Assembly: GCA_036785375.1 (NCBI GenBank)
Contig: JAWMAR010000025.1
Coordinates: 6,448,001 to 6,512,000, forward strand
Direction: 5' to 3'
DNA: 64,000 bases
DNA from: Leucoraja ocellata
Lineage: Eukaryota
The notes under the pieces: model-generated
Told to the model about the DNA's origin: nothing
Seen by the model: only the letters and a program-made list of their open reading frames with translations
Databases searched by the model: none
Program-made: the position numbers and the translations under genes
Part shown: positions 51,700-64,000 of the stretch, in pieces
Layout: each line of letters begins with the position of its first letter
How positions within the stretch are numbered: position 1 is the first letter of the stretch

Positions 51700-52495
51700 G
51701 GTTAGCACGTTTTGCAGATGACACCAAAGTAGGTGGTATATTAGATAGCAAAGATGGTTACCAAAAATTGCAGCAGGATCTTAATCAGTTGGGCACCTTC
51801 AAAGTGAATGGCGGGGCTATGGGGTGCGAGTAGTGTAGAGGGATCCAGGAATGTCGGCACACTGTTCCTTGAAAGTGGTGTCACTGGTAGATAGGGTGGG
51901 CATGAAGGCTTTCGGCACATTGGCGTTCATTAATCAGGGTATTGAGTATAAAAGTCGGGATGTTATGTTACAGTTGTACAAGACGCTGGTGAGGCCACAT
52001 TTAAAGTACTGTGTTTGGTTTTGGTCACCCTACTAAAGGAAAGATGTTGGTAAGTTGGAAGGGCCTGAGCTAAAGGGAGAAGTTGGCATGCTAGGACTAT
52101 TCCTTGAAGCACAGGAGAATGATGGGTGATGTTATAGAGGCAAATAAGATCATGAGGAGAATACATAGGGTAGATGCACATAGTCTTTTACTCAGAGCAG
52201 GGGAATCAAGAACCTGGGACATGGGTTTAAGGTGAGAGGGGGAAAGATATAATAGGAACCGGAAGGGAAACTTTTTTACACTGAGGTTTATGGGTATATG
52301 GAGCAAGCTGGCAGAGGAGGTAATTGAGGCAGGTACTATAATATATTTAAAAGACATTTCAATAAATTCATGGATTGGTTTAGAAGGATATGGGCCAAAG
52401 GCTGGCAGGTGGGACTGGTGTCGACGGAGCATCTTGGTCAGCATGGGCAAGCTGGGCCGAAGGGCCTGTTTCCATATTGTACGACTGTGACTATG
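51700..52495 (+). mobile_element. CR1-like LINE fragment
   Basis: FADDTK, LVRPHLKY, CR1 3' UTR. Confidence 0.85.
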
Positions 52496-55400
52496 TAAAG
52501 TGGTGTGCCTTTCTCCTTCCATGTATGTTTTGGTTGAAGCCCAAGAAAAAACTAGTTTAGAGTTTCTGCAGAGTGAGGAAATTGAGCTTTCAGTTGTAGA
52601 TATTGTATCACAAATGCTTGGCCCATACAGGGCATCATTATATCTTAAATAGAGTACCCAATGCTAATGAGCTGCTTTTATCAGTCAGCATTAAACTGTT
52701 TTATTCACTATTTATTTTCAGAAAATTCCATCTTCACCTTTCTTACTAGGTCAATTCAAAATGTAATTGTTTTAGTTGCAGAGCGAGCTTTCCAAGCCAA
52801 TTTACCCAACTTAAGCCCTTAATTGCCTATTTTGAAACAATACATTAACTAACATGTTTTTTGTAATACACATTGCACAAAGATGCATTTGAACAGCTGC
52901 ATCAATGGCTTATCTGAGAAAATGAGAATGTAAAACCATTTACATTTGCAGATTACCCTTCCTTCACCGTATGTTATTGGGAATCGCAGATTAGCCAGCT
53001 CAATTATGCCCATATATTATTTTAAATCATAGGACTAGCTCTAATGGAGAACTGCAGAAATAGTGTAGCCCTGAACAATACTGTGAATTTAGCTACCTTA
53101 TCTCTGCCAAAGATGATAGCTTCCTAAATTCATAAATTATCGGAGCAGAATTAGGGCATTCGGCTTATCAGGTCTACTCTGCCATTCAATCATGACTGAT
53201 CTATCTTTCGCTCTCAATGCCATTCTCATGCCTTCTCCCCATAACCTTGACACCCGTACTAGCTCTGCCTCCAAGCCCCATGAGGAAATTGTAGCAAGAA
53301 TGTAGAGCAAATATCAGGTAAAAACAAAAATTTGTTGGTATGGTCATTCAATCACACAGAGCTTAATACTAGCCACTTATAGTGTTGCAGGCTGTTTTAC
53401 ATTAGTTGGAAATGCACATGTAGAATGGTCACATATACAAAATTCCAGGACATCTGAACACCCAGGCAAACAGTATTTCAGGAAAAGTGTCACCTTGAGT
53501 AGAAGAATAAAACAAAACTCATACAACTCAGTTCAGTTATTGTTGAGAACACTAATATCAGTTATGCCGACTGTGAAATTATTGAATTATTGCAAAAGAA
53601 AATCCTACCTAGTTCACCAATCTCCCCACATCTGGGCTCCACATGACTCCAGGCCTACAACTGTGATTGATCCTTACCTTCCCTCAGAACTCACCTAGCA
53701 ATCTGCTCAGCTCAAAGTAATTTGGCACAGGTAATAAAAAGATCCTTGAACGAATAAATGACCTTCTTCTTTGAGAAGGTGTCAAACCTCACGAAAACAT
53801 TTATATCAGAAAGATTTTATGCTTTAGGTGGGTGTGAAGTGACTTGCTTTGGTACAGTGTTGAAACTTTGCCACTGTAAAATGTTTGCCTCCCAAAGTTA
53901 TGCCTGGGGTCTCAGAAATCACACTCACTGTATTTTGCTTTCTCTTGTGGTAGAGCACCCCCAAAAAAATGTCCACATATAGGGGGAATCCAGAACCAGG
54001 GGTCACAGTTTAAGAATAACTGTCTATTTAGGACTGAGATGAGGAAATACTTTTTCACCCAGAGAGTTGTGAATCTGTGGAATTCTCTGCCACATAAGGC
54101 AGTGGAGGCCTATTCGCTGGATGTTTTCAAGAGAGGGTTAGATATAGCTCTTAGGGCTAATGGAATCAAGGGATATAGGCAAAAAGCAGGAATCTCATCA
54201 ATCTCTCTGATCTCAATTAGCTTGGTGGAACCTCAAAATGTAAATAGTAAATACAGTATACTACATCTTTGTATGTTTCACTTCACTAAACTCAACTCTA
54301 GCGAATTTAAAATATGTCATCACCTCCACCTCTTGAAATTGAAAGTTGATATAAAATACAATTAAAACTCAATCATGGGATAATATTAAAGGCAAAGAGA
54401 GTAGTGCAAACTCTTAACGTTGAGGTAGATGGGTAATTATCCTCTGCACATGAGAAGGTTACAAAACCAAGAGCTGGTGTATTGGTGAATTGTGCAGGGT
54501 TACATTAATTTGAGCAATTCCCATTCTCCCCTATTTCATCAATGGGAACAAGGACAGAAGGGTCAAGCATTCCTATTTTTATTTAGTGACGTTTGGAGAT
54601 CAATTTAATTCTTGGCTGTGATGCATAGTTACAGGACTATAAAGCTACATAGCAAAAATATTCAAGAGGCAATGTTACAAGCTTCTCAATTTTGCTATTC
54701 ACAAGGGATAGAATGTAGGAAACAACACCATGAAGCCAGCTGTTTTAAGAGCTATTATATAAAATGATAGGAATTGGAGCACATCATCCATACTACCATA
54801 CACAGGAGACTCAGAGGTTTGGAAGCAAGTAAATTACAAAGTCCTTCTCTCAGTGGAAATGCAGATTTAGAAACAATTTTAGCGCAAAAAACTAACCAAA
54901 CAAATTAAAAGCAACAGTACCCTCTTGACTGACGTGCCATCTATAACATTTAAAAAAACCCTCCTTGTTCTGTCAGCATACTTTGACTGCAATGTGTAGC
55001 TCCAAACAAAAAACTAATTTTAGGAGTTTTTGACACTACCTGCACACTCACTGCACATCTCGTATGTGTATGTGACAAATAAACTTGACTTGACTACCTC
55101 TCAGGTCTGCAATTTCTACCACCTAGAAGGAAATGGACATGAGGTGGCACAGCAACATCAAATTACATCCCCAAGCAACACATTAACTTAACTTGGAAAA
55201 GTGTCACTGTTCCTTCAACACCATTTAATTTAAATCCTGAACCTTTCGGCTCACAGCACAGTATAGAGTACACAACAAGGATACAGTGGTTCATTGGGGT
55301 AACCCTTCGCAATGTTTACAAGGATAATTACGATGGGTCATGAAGGCTGGCCCTACCGATGACACCCACGCCAATGAATGACAACAGTAACACAGACTGA

Positions 55401-55707
55401 CAAGCGCTCCAATATTCCCCATGCCCATCTGACAATGAAACCTCATGTATCACCTTCTGTCACTACAACCAAAGCTAGTCTGAGGAGAGGCATGAAGCAC
55501 TAAAGGACCTCACAGCTAATTTAAAAATTCTAAAACTAAACTCTCAATTTCCTGAGGCAATGAAAATAACCATCTGAGACAATCCATAGACAGACTAGCT
55601 AAAGGAAGAAATAAAGTTGTTACAATTATACAGGGTGCTAGCAAGGCTGCACCTGAAGTAACATGGCTCATTTTGATCCTGTTATTTGTAACAAGCATTT
55701 GTGGTTC

Positions 55708-55761
<54 letters not shown>
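55708..55761. repeat. (TAA)n microsatellite
   Basis: Direct. Confidence 0.95.
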
Positions 55762-57407
55762 TCTTTTAATGTTCATGAGCATTGAGCGAGATTCATTAAT
55801 CCAATTCCTTACGAAAAGGTTTTCCTATGATGGATGATGAAAAAAGTTAGATATGCATTCTCTGAAGATTACTAGAATAAGAGGCGATTTTATAGATAGC
55901 TTATTGAAAGATTAGATAATTGAGGCCGATGGGGAAATGGCACAGAGCAATTGAGGCCTGGATCATGCTGAATTGTGGGGTAGTTTTGAGTAACCAGGTG
56001 GTCTGCTCCTGTTACTGTTTTCTTGTGTGCTTGTATGACTACAACTAAACAAAGTTGCATAAACTTACCTTTCCTAACCATTACAAAGCTGGTCGCACCC
56101 TACACCTTGCAAGCAATCTTTTGGATGTTAGTTCCGTCTCTTAAGATGGCATGGTTATCTTGGAGTCGAGACATTTAAGTTCCAATCTAATGACTTGAGT
56201 ACATAACTGAAGCTTTCAATCCCAACATGGGCCTAGTAAACAAATTAAACCATGATCTAATTTTCCCTAATGTGAATGGCAAAGTTCTCCCCATTCCTCA
56301 ACTATCAGTTATGCCAACTAGTAAATTACTTAAGATAGACACAAAGTGCTTGAGTAACTCAGCGGCTCAGGCAGCATCTCTGGAGAAAATGGATTGTGAC
56401 GTTTGAGGTTGGGATCCTTTTTCAACCGGAGAATTCTGGGCATGATTCTTTGAAAGGGCTTTCCAAGTATGGTAGGTAGACACAAAATATTTGAGTAACT
56501 CAGCGGGACATCAGCATCTCTGGAGAGACGGATTGGATGACGTTTCGTATCGAGACCCTTCTTCACACTTTACTTTCCTTTACAAGAATGGTGTCGCGGA
56601 TGAAGAGTCGCAATAACATGAATAATGCGGAGAAGCTGGGGTTGTTCTATTGGAGCAGAGGAGGTACGATGAAGTTCAAAATTTACAAATAGTTTTAACA
56701 GAGTAAACAATAAAGAACGGCATCATGTAGCAGGAGGGTGATGAGGGCAGATTTGAAGCGCTTGGCAGCAGAACAAGAACTGATAAGAGGCAACTTTTCT
56801 TTACACTGAGAACGGCACTGCCCAGCAGGTAAGCGGAAGCAGACTCATTTGTTGCTTTCAACAGAGAACTGAATAAATAGTTGAAGGGGAAGAAGGGGAA
56901 GAAAATAAAAGGGCTCCAGGAAAAAAACTTAGGGGACTGGGATTAGTTGAAGAAGTCCAATGAAGTGAAAGAATAAAAATGCCCTCAGTAGAGCAATAAT
57001 TCTCTACAAGTCTAAGTGATTAATGATGCTACTCAGAATGGGTTTCCTTCTTTTCATTGTCCACTCCATTTTATTTCTTCTACTACTGAAGATGTGCACT
57101 GTGACTTGGATGCAACACCCTTGGTGCCTTCTGTCTCTTCCAGCTTCCCCCCAGCAGCATCTCAGAAGGCTTAAGTCAAACAATGAATGGAACAAATGAA
57201 CTTGAATCTGTTTACATCCCAGATCTTTTCATTCGGTGTCCAACAGGGGGGGGGGGGGGGGAGGAGTAGGTCCTATGAAGAATTCAGTTTCAATGACTTT
57301 TGAATTTTACAATATTCTGTGGAAAGGCTGAACGGGTTAAAATAGGAGAACATTTTACATTTCAAACTCTGAAAGCAGTGTCCTCAGGGGGGGCACTAGT
57401 TTCTTAC

Positions 57408-57575
57408 CTGCAGAGGTTTCCTTGAACTTTTCACTGCTTTTCTTTTTCCTCCATTTCCACGGTTTGAATATTTTGCCAAATCCTGGGAATTTCCCCTTCC
57501 TCCGTGCCGTGGGAGTATTCGACCCGGAGACGTCATTTCCTGAGCTCACTGGCAGACGAGGCTCCTCTTCCTCAG
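57408..57575 (-). CDS. PHACTR4: PHACTR4 exon (N-terminal basic motif)
   Basis: RRKGKFPGFGKIFKPWKWRKKKSSEKFKETSA; GFGKIF/KKKSS form matches PHACTR4; 168 nt. Confidence 0.95.
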
Positions 57576-57699
57576 CTGAAAACATGAATTAGAGGAGACA
57601 CAGTTCAGTTAAATTCAGAGGTGCCAATTGGGAATTGAATGCTGAGCAGGACTACGTAGAGAGGGTACAATCCTTAATCACTTGAAGAGATTACTTTCA

Positions 57700-58050
57700 C
57701 ATGCTTTGATAGAGTGGATGTGGAGAGAATATTTCCACCAGTGGGAGAGTCTAGCTCCAGTGGTCATAGCCTCAGAATTAAAGGACATTCCTTTAGGAAG
57801 GAGATGAGGAGAAATTTCTTTAGAGGGTGGTGAATCTGTGGAATTCATTGCCACAGAGGCTGTGGAGGCCAAGTCAATGGACATTTTTACGACAGATAGA
57901 AATATTCTTGATTAGTACTGATGTCAGGGGTAAAGGGAGAGAATGCAGGGGAATGAGGTTAGGAGGGAGAGATAGATCAGCCATGATTAAATGCAGAGTA
58001 GACTTGATGGGCAGGATGGCCTAATTCTGCTCCTATCACAAACTTATGAA
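57700..58050 (+). mobile_element. CR1-like 3' fragment
   Basis: VVNLWNSLPQR and CR1 3' UTR. Confidence 0.8.
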
Positions 58051-59297
58051 GTCATTCTCAATATCAGTCAGCACATGAAAGCATTTTTCTCCAATGTTTA
58101 ATAAAGAAAATAGTTTTGCAAAATGATACTGAAATATGTACAAAATAACACAGACCTATGGATATGGTAGGTTTAGAATGGATAGGATAGGGTTAGAATG
58201 TAATGGGCCAAATGCAGGCGAGTGCGACAAGTGTAAATGGGGCACGTTGGTCGGCATGGGCAGGCTGGGCCAAAGGGCTTGTTTCCACGCTACATGACCC
58301 TATGACCTTGTTGATAAAAGTCATTTGTCCAACTAAATCTCTTCAAAGAAATGGGTTCCTAAAGAACAGTAGTTAAAGCCCTCCTGGGATATGCATAGTG
58401 ATGCTTCAAAAAACGTTATGAATGAAATCCCTTTTGTTTTATTTCAGTACAACATTCTCATTTTTGTAATGTTAGTTTTCAATTGAATAACAAGTTATTG
58501 GGTATTTTAAACCGGTGACTAGAGATTTCAGCGTCAAGGAAACGCAATTATGTTGCCATTATCCTGAAGAATTAAATTGCAGATTGCACGTTGCCTCTTA
58601 TGCACATATTGCACTTCCGATTTTTTTCCATTGTAAATAAAAGGCACATAAATGACTCATATTTATCTATATTTGCTTGAAAACCACACTTTTCAACCTG
58701 CCAAACACTAAACCAAAGGCAAAAATCTGTCACAGCATTGAACCCAATAGCAAAGATTTAGAGACGCATTGATTCGTACAAGGTTAGAGCAGATTCTTTT
58801 AAAAGCTTAAGCAGATTATAGTAGACAGAACTGACAACTGGATATAGATGTTACATAAGGGTGTTCAGGAGCATTTCATACTTCCTACTGCCTTATCAAG
58901 AAACCTTCATTAAGCAAGCAAGAGATGTTTTCTTTACATAGCACTCTGACTATGATATGATGACAAATGGACTTATTTACCCTTTAGTTCAGGTTTTCCA
59001 TCTGGCAAAGAGCGGTAGTTCACGACTGAATTGATGGAAAATATCTGTTCATATTTCCATTGTGTAAACGGTCACCAAAGAAAGAAATCACCTGTCTGCT
59101 ATCAGTAGCTAGCTATTTTCCGAGCTACATGTTAACACCTGGACATCATACACTCTTGGTATTAGGTAGCTCTAAAACCAAATTAATTCTGAATGCTGTG
59201 ATTAATCCAAGAGAAAGGCGTGAAAAAGGGAGAATAGAGTAATCATTAAACCATTAAGAAAGCTATGGCAGATGGTTTTCCAATAAAGGTAAAATTA

Positions 59298-59603
59298 GGG
59301 TGGCACAGTGGTAGAGTTTCTGCCTTACAGCACCAGAGACCCAGGTTTGATCCTGACAATGGGTGCTGTCTATACAGAGCTTGTACGTTCGCCCTGTGGG
59401 TTTTTCTACATGGGTTTTCTATGGGTTTCTACGGTTTCCTCATACACTCCAAAGACTACAGGCTTGTAGGTTAATTGACCTGTAAATTATACATTGTCCC
59501 TAAAGTGTAGGATAGTGCTGGTGTACGGGGCGATTACTGGTCGGCACAGACTCAATCGGTGGGCCGAAGGGCCTGTTTCCGCACTGTATCTCTAAAGTCT
59601 AAA
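59298..59603 (+). mobile_element. V-SINE (HE1-like)
   Basis: gggtggcacagtggtagag...ggtttgatcc head; gggccgaagggcctgtttcc tail. Confidence 0.85.
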
Positions 59604-61100
59604 GAATAGGTCTCCAATAAGAGAATAACAATCTTTTATACAGTTAGAGTGTTGGTACCCAGTTGCAACATTCTGGAGCCATATTCACAAACGAGAACTC
59701 TAAACCATCAGATCCAAGAAAATGGTGCATGGGAATGAAGTTTAATGTTCTTTAATCCTAACAACGGTTATTCACCAGCCCACTTTGCTCCATACATTTA
59801 CTCACTCATAGACACAAAAAGCTCGAGTAACTCAGCAGGTCAGACAACATCTCTGGAGTGAAGGAACAGGTGACGTTTTTGGTAGAGACCCATCTTCAGA
59901 CATTACTCCAGCTTTTTGTGTTTATCTTCAGTTTAAATCAGCATCTGCCATTCCTTCCTACTTTTCTCACTCTTCCCTGAATTAAAAGCTTTTCAAATCT
60001 CACTAATAGGGGCATTTGAAATCACTACATCAAAATATCCAAGCTAAAAGACAAGACAAACTACTGCTTACAATTCACTAGAATGTGCAGTGGCTGACAT
60101 GAATGCTTTCCAGCAAGGTTAATACTCCAGCATCTCTCCAGAACAATCGATTGCAGTGAGAATACAAACCCAAAACATAATAAACAACCCCGGAATAGTA
60201 TTTTCAAAATATTTAATTAAATTTGCCTTAAACCATTCTTTCAGTAATTTTTATCCAGAAGTGATTGTTTTATTACAATGTTAGGTGGTGCCTAGTATTT
60301 AAAAATCCCTAATGAAAACTAATAAAACGGATGCGCAAAGAGACAACCAGCTGTAATGCCAGGAGGACAAAGACTAACTTTAAGTACAAGAAAGGGGCAG
60401 CGGCGAGGGTAAGAGGGGGTAGGGGGATATGGTTATGAAAGGCTGGGCAAGGGAAGGTGGGGTCAGTGGGGGAGTGGGGATTAAAGGGGAGAGGGTTTTG
60501 GAGGGTGGTTCGAGGGTTAGGTTAGAGATGAGAACGGGGGGGGGGGGGGGGGTTAGATGAAGGAGGACTGGGATCGGTGAAGGAGCAAGGTGAGAGGGCA
60601 AGGGGGAGGTGGCGGGACGGGAGGAGGGCGGGATGAGGATACGGCAAGAGAAGGAGGGTGTGGGAATCTGCCAAAAATAAGTTTGAGCAAATGAAAATCA
60701 GTGAAAGTATGAGCATCATGCAGTGGAGAAATAAAATATGTCGGGAAGAAAGTGTAGGATTTTCTATCAGTCGAGAGAAGATGCGGAATATTCTTCCATC
60801 TTAAACCTGTGGCTGTGGCTTGTTTTCACTGACAGATAATGGTCGCTTTCATTAAAAAGAATTAGACACATTTTGTCTCATTTACAAGGTTCCTGGAACG
60901 CCCAATCCCTGTATACATGAAGGTACAACTTACACAAGGCCTACAGGTCTCTTTCTTAGCTAACACACCATGGTGTGAAATTTGAGCTGCAGCAGCCTTT
61001 TGGAGTCCTCAAATTCCTATCATCTCATCAGTTCACCTGCGCCAGAATGCAGTAACACCATCCAACAAACCGAATGCTCGCGACATCGCACAATACTTAC

Positions 61101-61146
61101 CATAAACGTCTGCCTCACGCACCTTAGAAAAGGAAGCGTGCCCCAT
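61101..61146 (-). CDS. PHACTR4: PHACTR4 first coding exon (MG- isoform)
   Basis: ggaATGG; MGHASFSKVREADVY; 46 nt, phase-1 GTAAGT donor that splices in frame to 57575; parallels the human MGQADVSRPVNPDAV isoform (from recall). Confidence 0.8.
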
Positions 61147-62898
61147 TCCAAATCTTCTTCCTGTGCTATTTATTTTAACAATCATGCAGTCCCAGGAACA
61201 CTAACAATGTGGAAAACTTCAGTTGGACATAACAAGTCAGTATCAGGTAAGAGGCGTGCCCAGCGATTTGATGTGTTCTCCTTCTATTCTCAAGAGGTGT
61301 CCCTGGGTTCATAAATAAGATAATCTTACGACTTCCCGTCTCACCCGAATGCCGATCATTCCTCATTGCAGATTACGTGAAGCCAGAGGTTAGAGCAGGA
61401 GGAGCTTAGATCCACAAATCCAAAGAGAGAGGTGTGTGTATATGTGCCTGCCTGTGTGTGCGTGTGTTTGTGTGTCTCTGCCTGTGTGCGAGTCTGTGTG
61501 TCTGTCTGTGTCTCTACATTCCCATGTAAACATTTTAGTGGAACCCCAATTCTGCAATGCATACAATAAATTGTAAACTGACGTAGACAAAGACACCAGT
61601 TGAGAGCTCAGGTAAACCTTGTTGTTTGTGATTGCCATTCATTATTTTCCTTCACGCCCCATCCTGAAGCACTCTGTGCTTTGGGTTACGTGGTGGCAGG
61701 GGTGGGTGGGGAGGAGTGATGGGGTGGGGAAGTTAATGCTGTCAAAGCAACCAGAGTATTAAAAAAAAAAGTGCCTCATGGTAACTGCAACTGCACTCGA
61801 GATTGTCAAAGAATAAGGATACTTGCAAAAATGGAGTGCAGTGCAGATTGCAGAGTGACTCATGCGAGGAGAGTTTGAGTATGCCAAATCTCAATTATCT
61901 AAACTATGGAAGAATGAGAAGGATTGGTATTAGTAGAAACAGGAAAGTGCAGGTGCTGCTTTAGACACAAGGACACAAAGTGCTGGAGTAACACAGCAGG
62001 TCAGGCTGCAACATTGCTATTAGTTTATTATTGTCACGTGTATCGAGATACAGTGAAATGCTTTGTTTATATGATATCCAGTCAAATTATACTATACACG
62101 AATACAATCAAGCCATACACGTCTAATAGGGTAATGCAGAGTTAAAAATACTAGGATGCAGAATATAGTGTTATCATGTTATAATTGTAGAGGAAAAATG
62201 TGTAAGGTCAGTAATGAGGAAGGTTGGGAGATCGGCATATGGGAGGACCATTCGCTAGTCTGATAACTCTGTCTGACAGAAGAGGGAATGACCAGGGTGA
62301 AAATGATCCTTGAGTAGGTCGGTTGTTTTCCTGAGGCAGCATGAAGTGTACACTGAATTGATGGCAGGAAGGCTATTTGTGTGAATGGATTGGGCTACAT
62401 TTCTTGCGATCTTGGGCAACCTCAACGAAATGTTAAAAAAGATTCTTAGAGGGCTCTGTAGGGTAGATGGGGTAGGGGAAGAGGGGGGGGGGGGCACACA
62501 CCCTTTAGCTAAAGGGTGAGTTTCAAAATAAGTAATCTGCTGATTAGGACAGTGCTTGGAGGGTGGGGAAGGTTTGGAAGTTTCTACCCTGGAGGGCAGT
62601 GCTTGCTCAGTCATCAATTATATTCAACACAGCTCAATAGATGTCTAGAAGTTAAAGGAATTGCAATTGGATGCAAAAACAATGATGCAAAACAGATCAG
62701 CCATAATCTAGTTGAACAATGAAGTAGGCTCAATGGCTGTACAACATCATTCTGCTCCTAATTTCTATTCCTAAAGAAACTGAACAACAATTTAATTGTC
62801 TACATTTCCTAAATAAACTTTATTCAGAATTAAAAATATATACATAAATAAAAACTGTGCAAAAACTCTTCATAAGTCTAATGATCTAACTCATTCTG

Positions 62899-63640
62899 GA
62901 AGTGGCGGCGCTGCCTTGCAGCTGTGGCTCGCCTGCAGTCCGTTTGTCTTTTCTGTTTTTTGTTTTCTCTTGTCCCGATTTTACAGTTTATTTCGGTTTA
63001 TTTAGTTGTGTATGTGTGGGGGGGTGGGTGTAACATGTTTTATGACTCTTCCTTCGGGGGGGGGGATGCGACCTTTCCTGCTGTATCCCCCGTCTCCGTG
63101 TCCGTCTGCGCTGAGGCCTATCGCGGAGCTGGCGGCCTCCAACTGCGACCAACCTCGAGGCTGCGGAGGCAGAGCCAGGACTTACCAATGAGGCTGGCGG
63201 ACTTCGGGGCTGTGGTTGCAGTGCCACCCAACTTCCAACCCGACTTTGGAGCCTCGGAGGCTCGGCCGCGGGCCAGTGGATGACATCATCGGGAGCTCGA
63301 GTTCTGTTTTCCGGAGCTCCCGCAACTACAGCTGCATCCGCTGGACTAAAGGGCGGCAGCTTCGGCAGCTTCGACCGCCCCGGGCCGCGGAGTTTGAACC
63401 GGCCTGCTTGCGGAGCACGGATTCAGCCGCGGGACTTACTTACCATCACCCTGCGGGGTCACAACATCGGAGGCTTGGATTGCCTCAGCGCAGAGGGAGA
63501 GCAAGGAGGGAAGAGACAATGACTTTGGGACTTAAACTGTGTTGAGTGTTTGTTATTTATTCTATGTTATGACTGCAGGCTAAACCATTTCGTTGCACTG
63601 AAAAGTGCAATGACAATAAATTGAATCAAATCAAATCAAG
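62899..63640 (+). mobile_element. Non-autonomous Rex1-tailed retroelement, CpG-rich
   Basis: GC-rich body ending in hairpin ttgcactgaaaagtgcaa, tgacaataaa and (aatca)n tail, as in other Rex1-type tails of the window. Confidence 0.6.
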
Positions 63641-64000
63641 TTCTCAGTGTCTACACATCCAATAGTGGCAAGCTCAGCAGTGTTTGCACCCATCTTTAAA
63701 CAAAACACACTTGCCACTCATGTTGCCCCCTTCCCTTGTATAAGGGGTGTCCACACAGGATTGTGCTCTACAATGTTCAGCAGCGGAAAGATCCCAGACT
63801 GTGGTCCTCCCCTCAGAGCCTTGACGTTGGCTGCACCAAGCCTCAGTACGTACTCCTGCAGTCTACAATGGGCTAGTCACCAACGTTCCCTGAAGGACAT
63901 CTCACCACGCTGGAAGACCAACCAGTTTCAGGCAGACCAAAGAGTGTCTTTCACCAAGTTGATGGTCTTCCAGCAACATCTGATGTCCGCCTCCAAATGA

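Noticed and set aside
55516-55782. Poly-Tyr ORF
   Set aside because: Translation of a (TAA)n microsatellite.

Overview
Vertebrate nuclear DNA, most likely a cartilaginous fish (skate/ray-like; inferred from the CR1/HER1-like, V-SINE/HE1-like and Penelope repeat complement). It holds three genes, all on the minus strand, in the order known from human 1p35. (1) PHACTR4: 13 coding exons, 61146->31312, about 703 aa by my exon arithmetic. (2) A compact TATA/TCT-promoter non-coding host gene (SNHG3/U17HG-like, about 18.9->10.9 kb). Its introns carry three intact U17/SNORA73 H/ACA snoRNAs, one decayed copy and two unidentified structured-RNA candidates. (3) The 5' end of RCC1: CpG-island promoter, non-coding exon 1 and first coding exon. 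The rest is mostly retroelements (CR1, L1, Rex1, Penelope, V-SINEs) and MITEs. The most striking unannotated signal is a family of roughly 20 short Penelope-derived insertions that carry a minimal hammerhead ribozyme (CUGAAGA-stem-GAAACGUH). They often sit head-to-head and several have 10-16 bp target-site duplications. Most ORFs in the supplied track are spurious or TE-derived. All calls were made by eye, without alignment or folding software.
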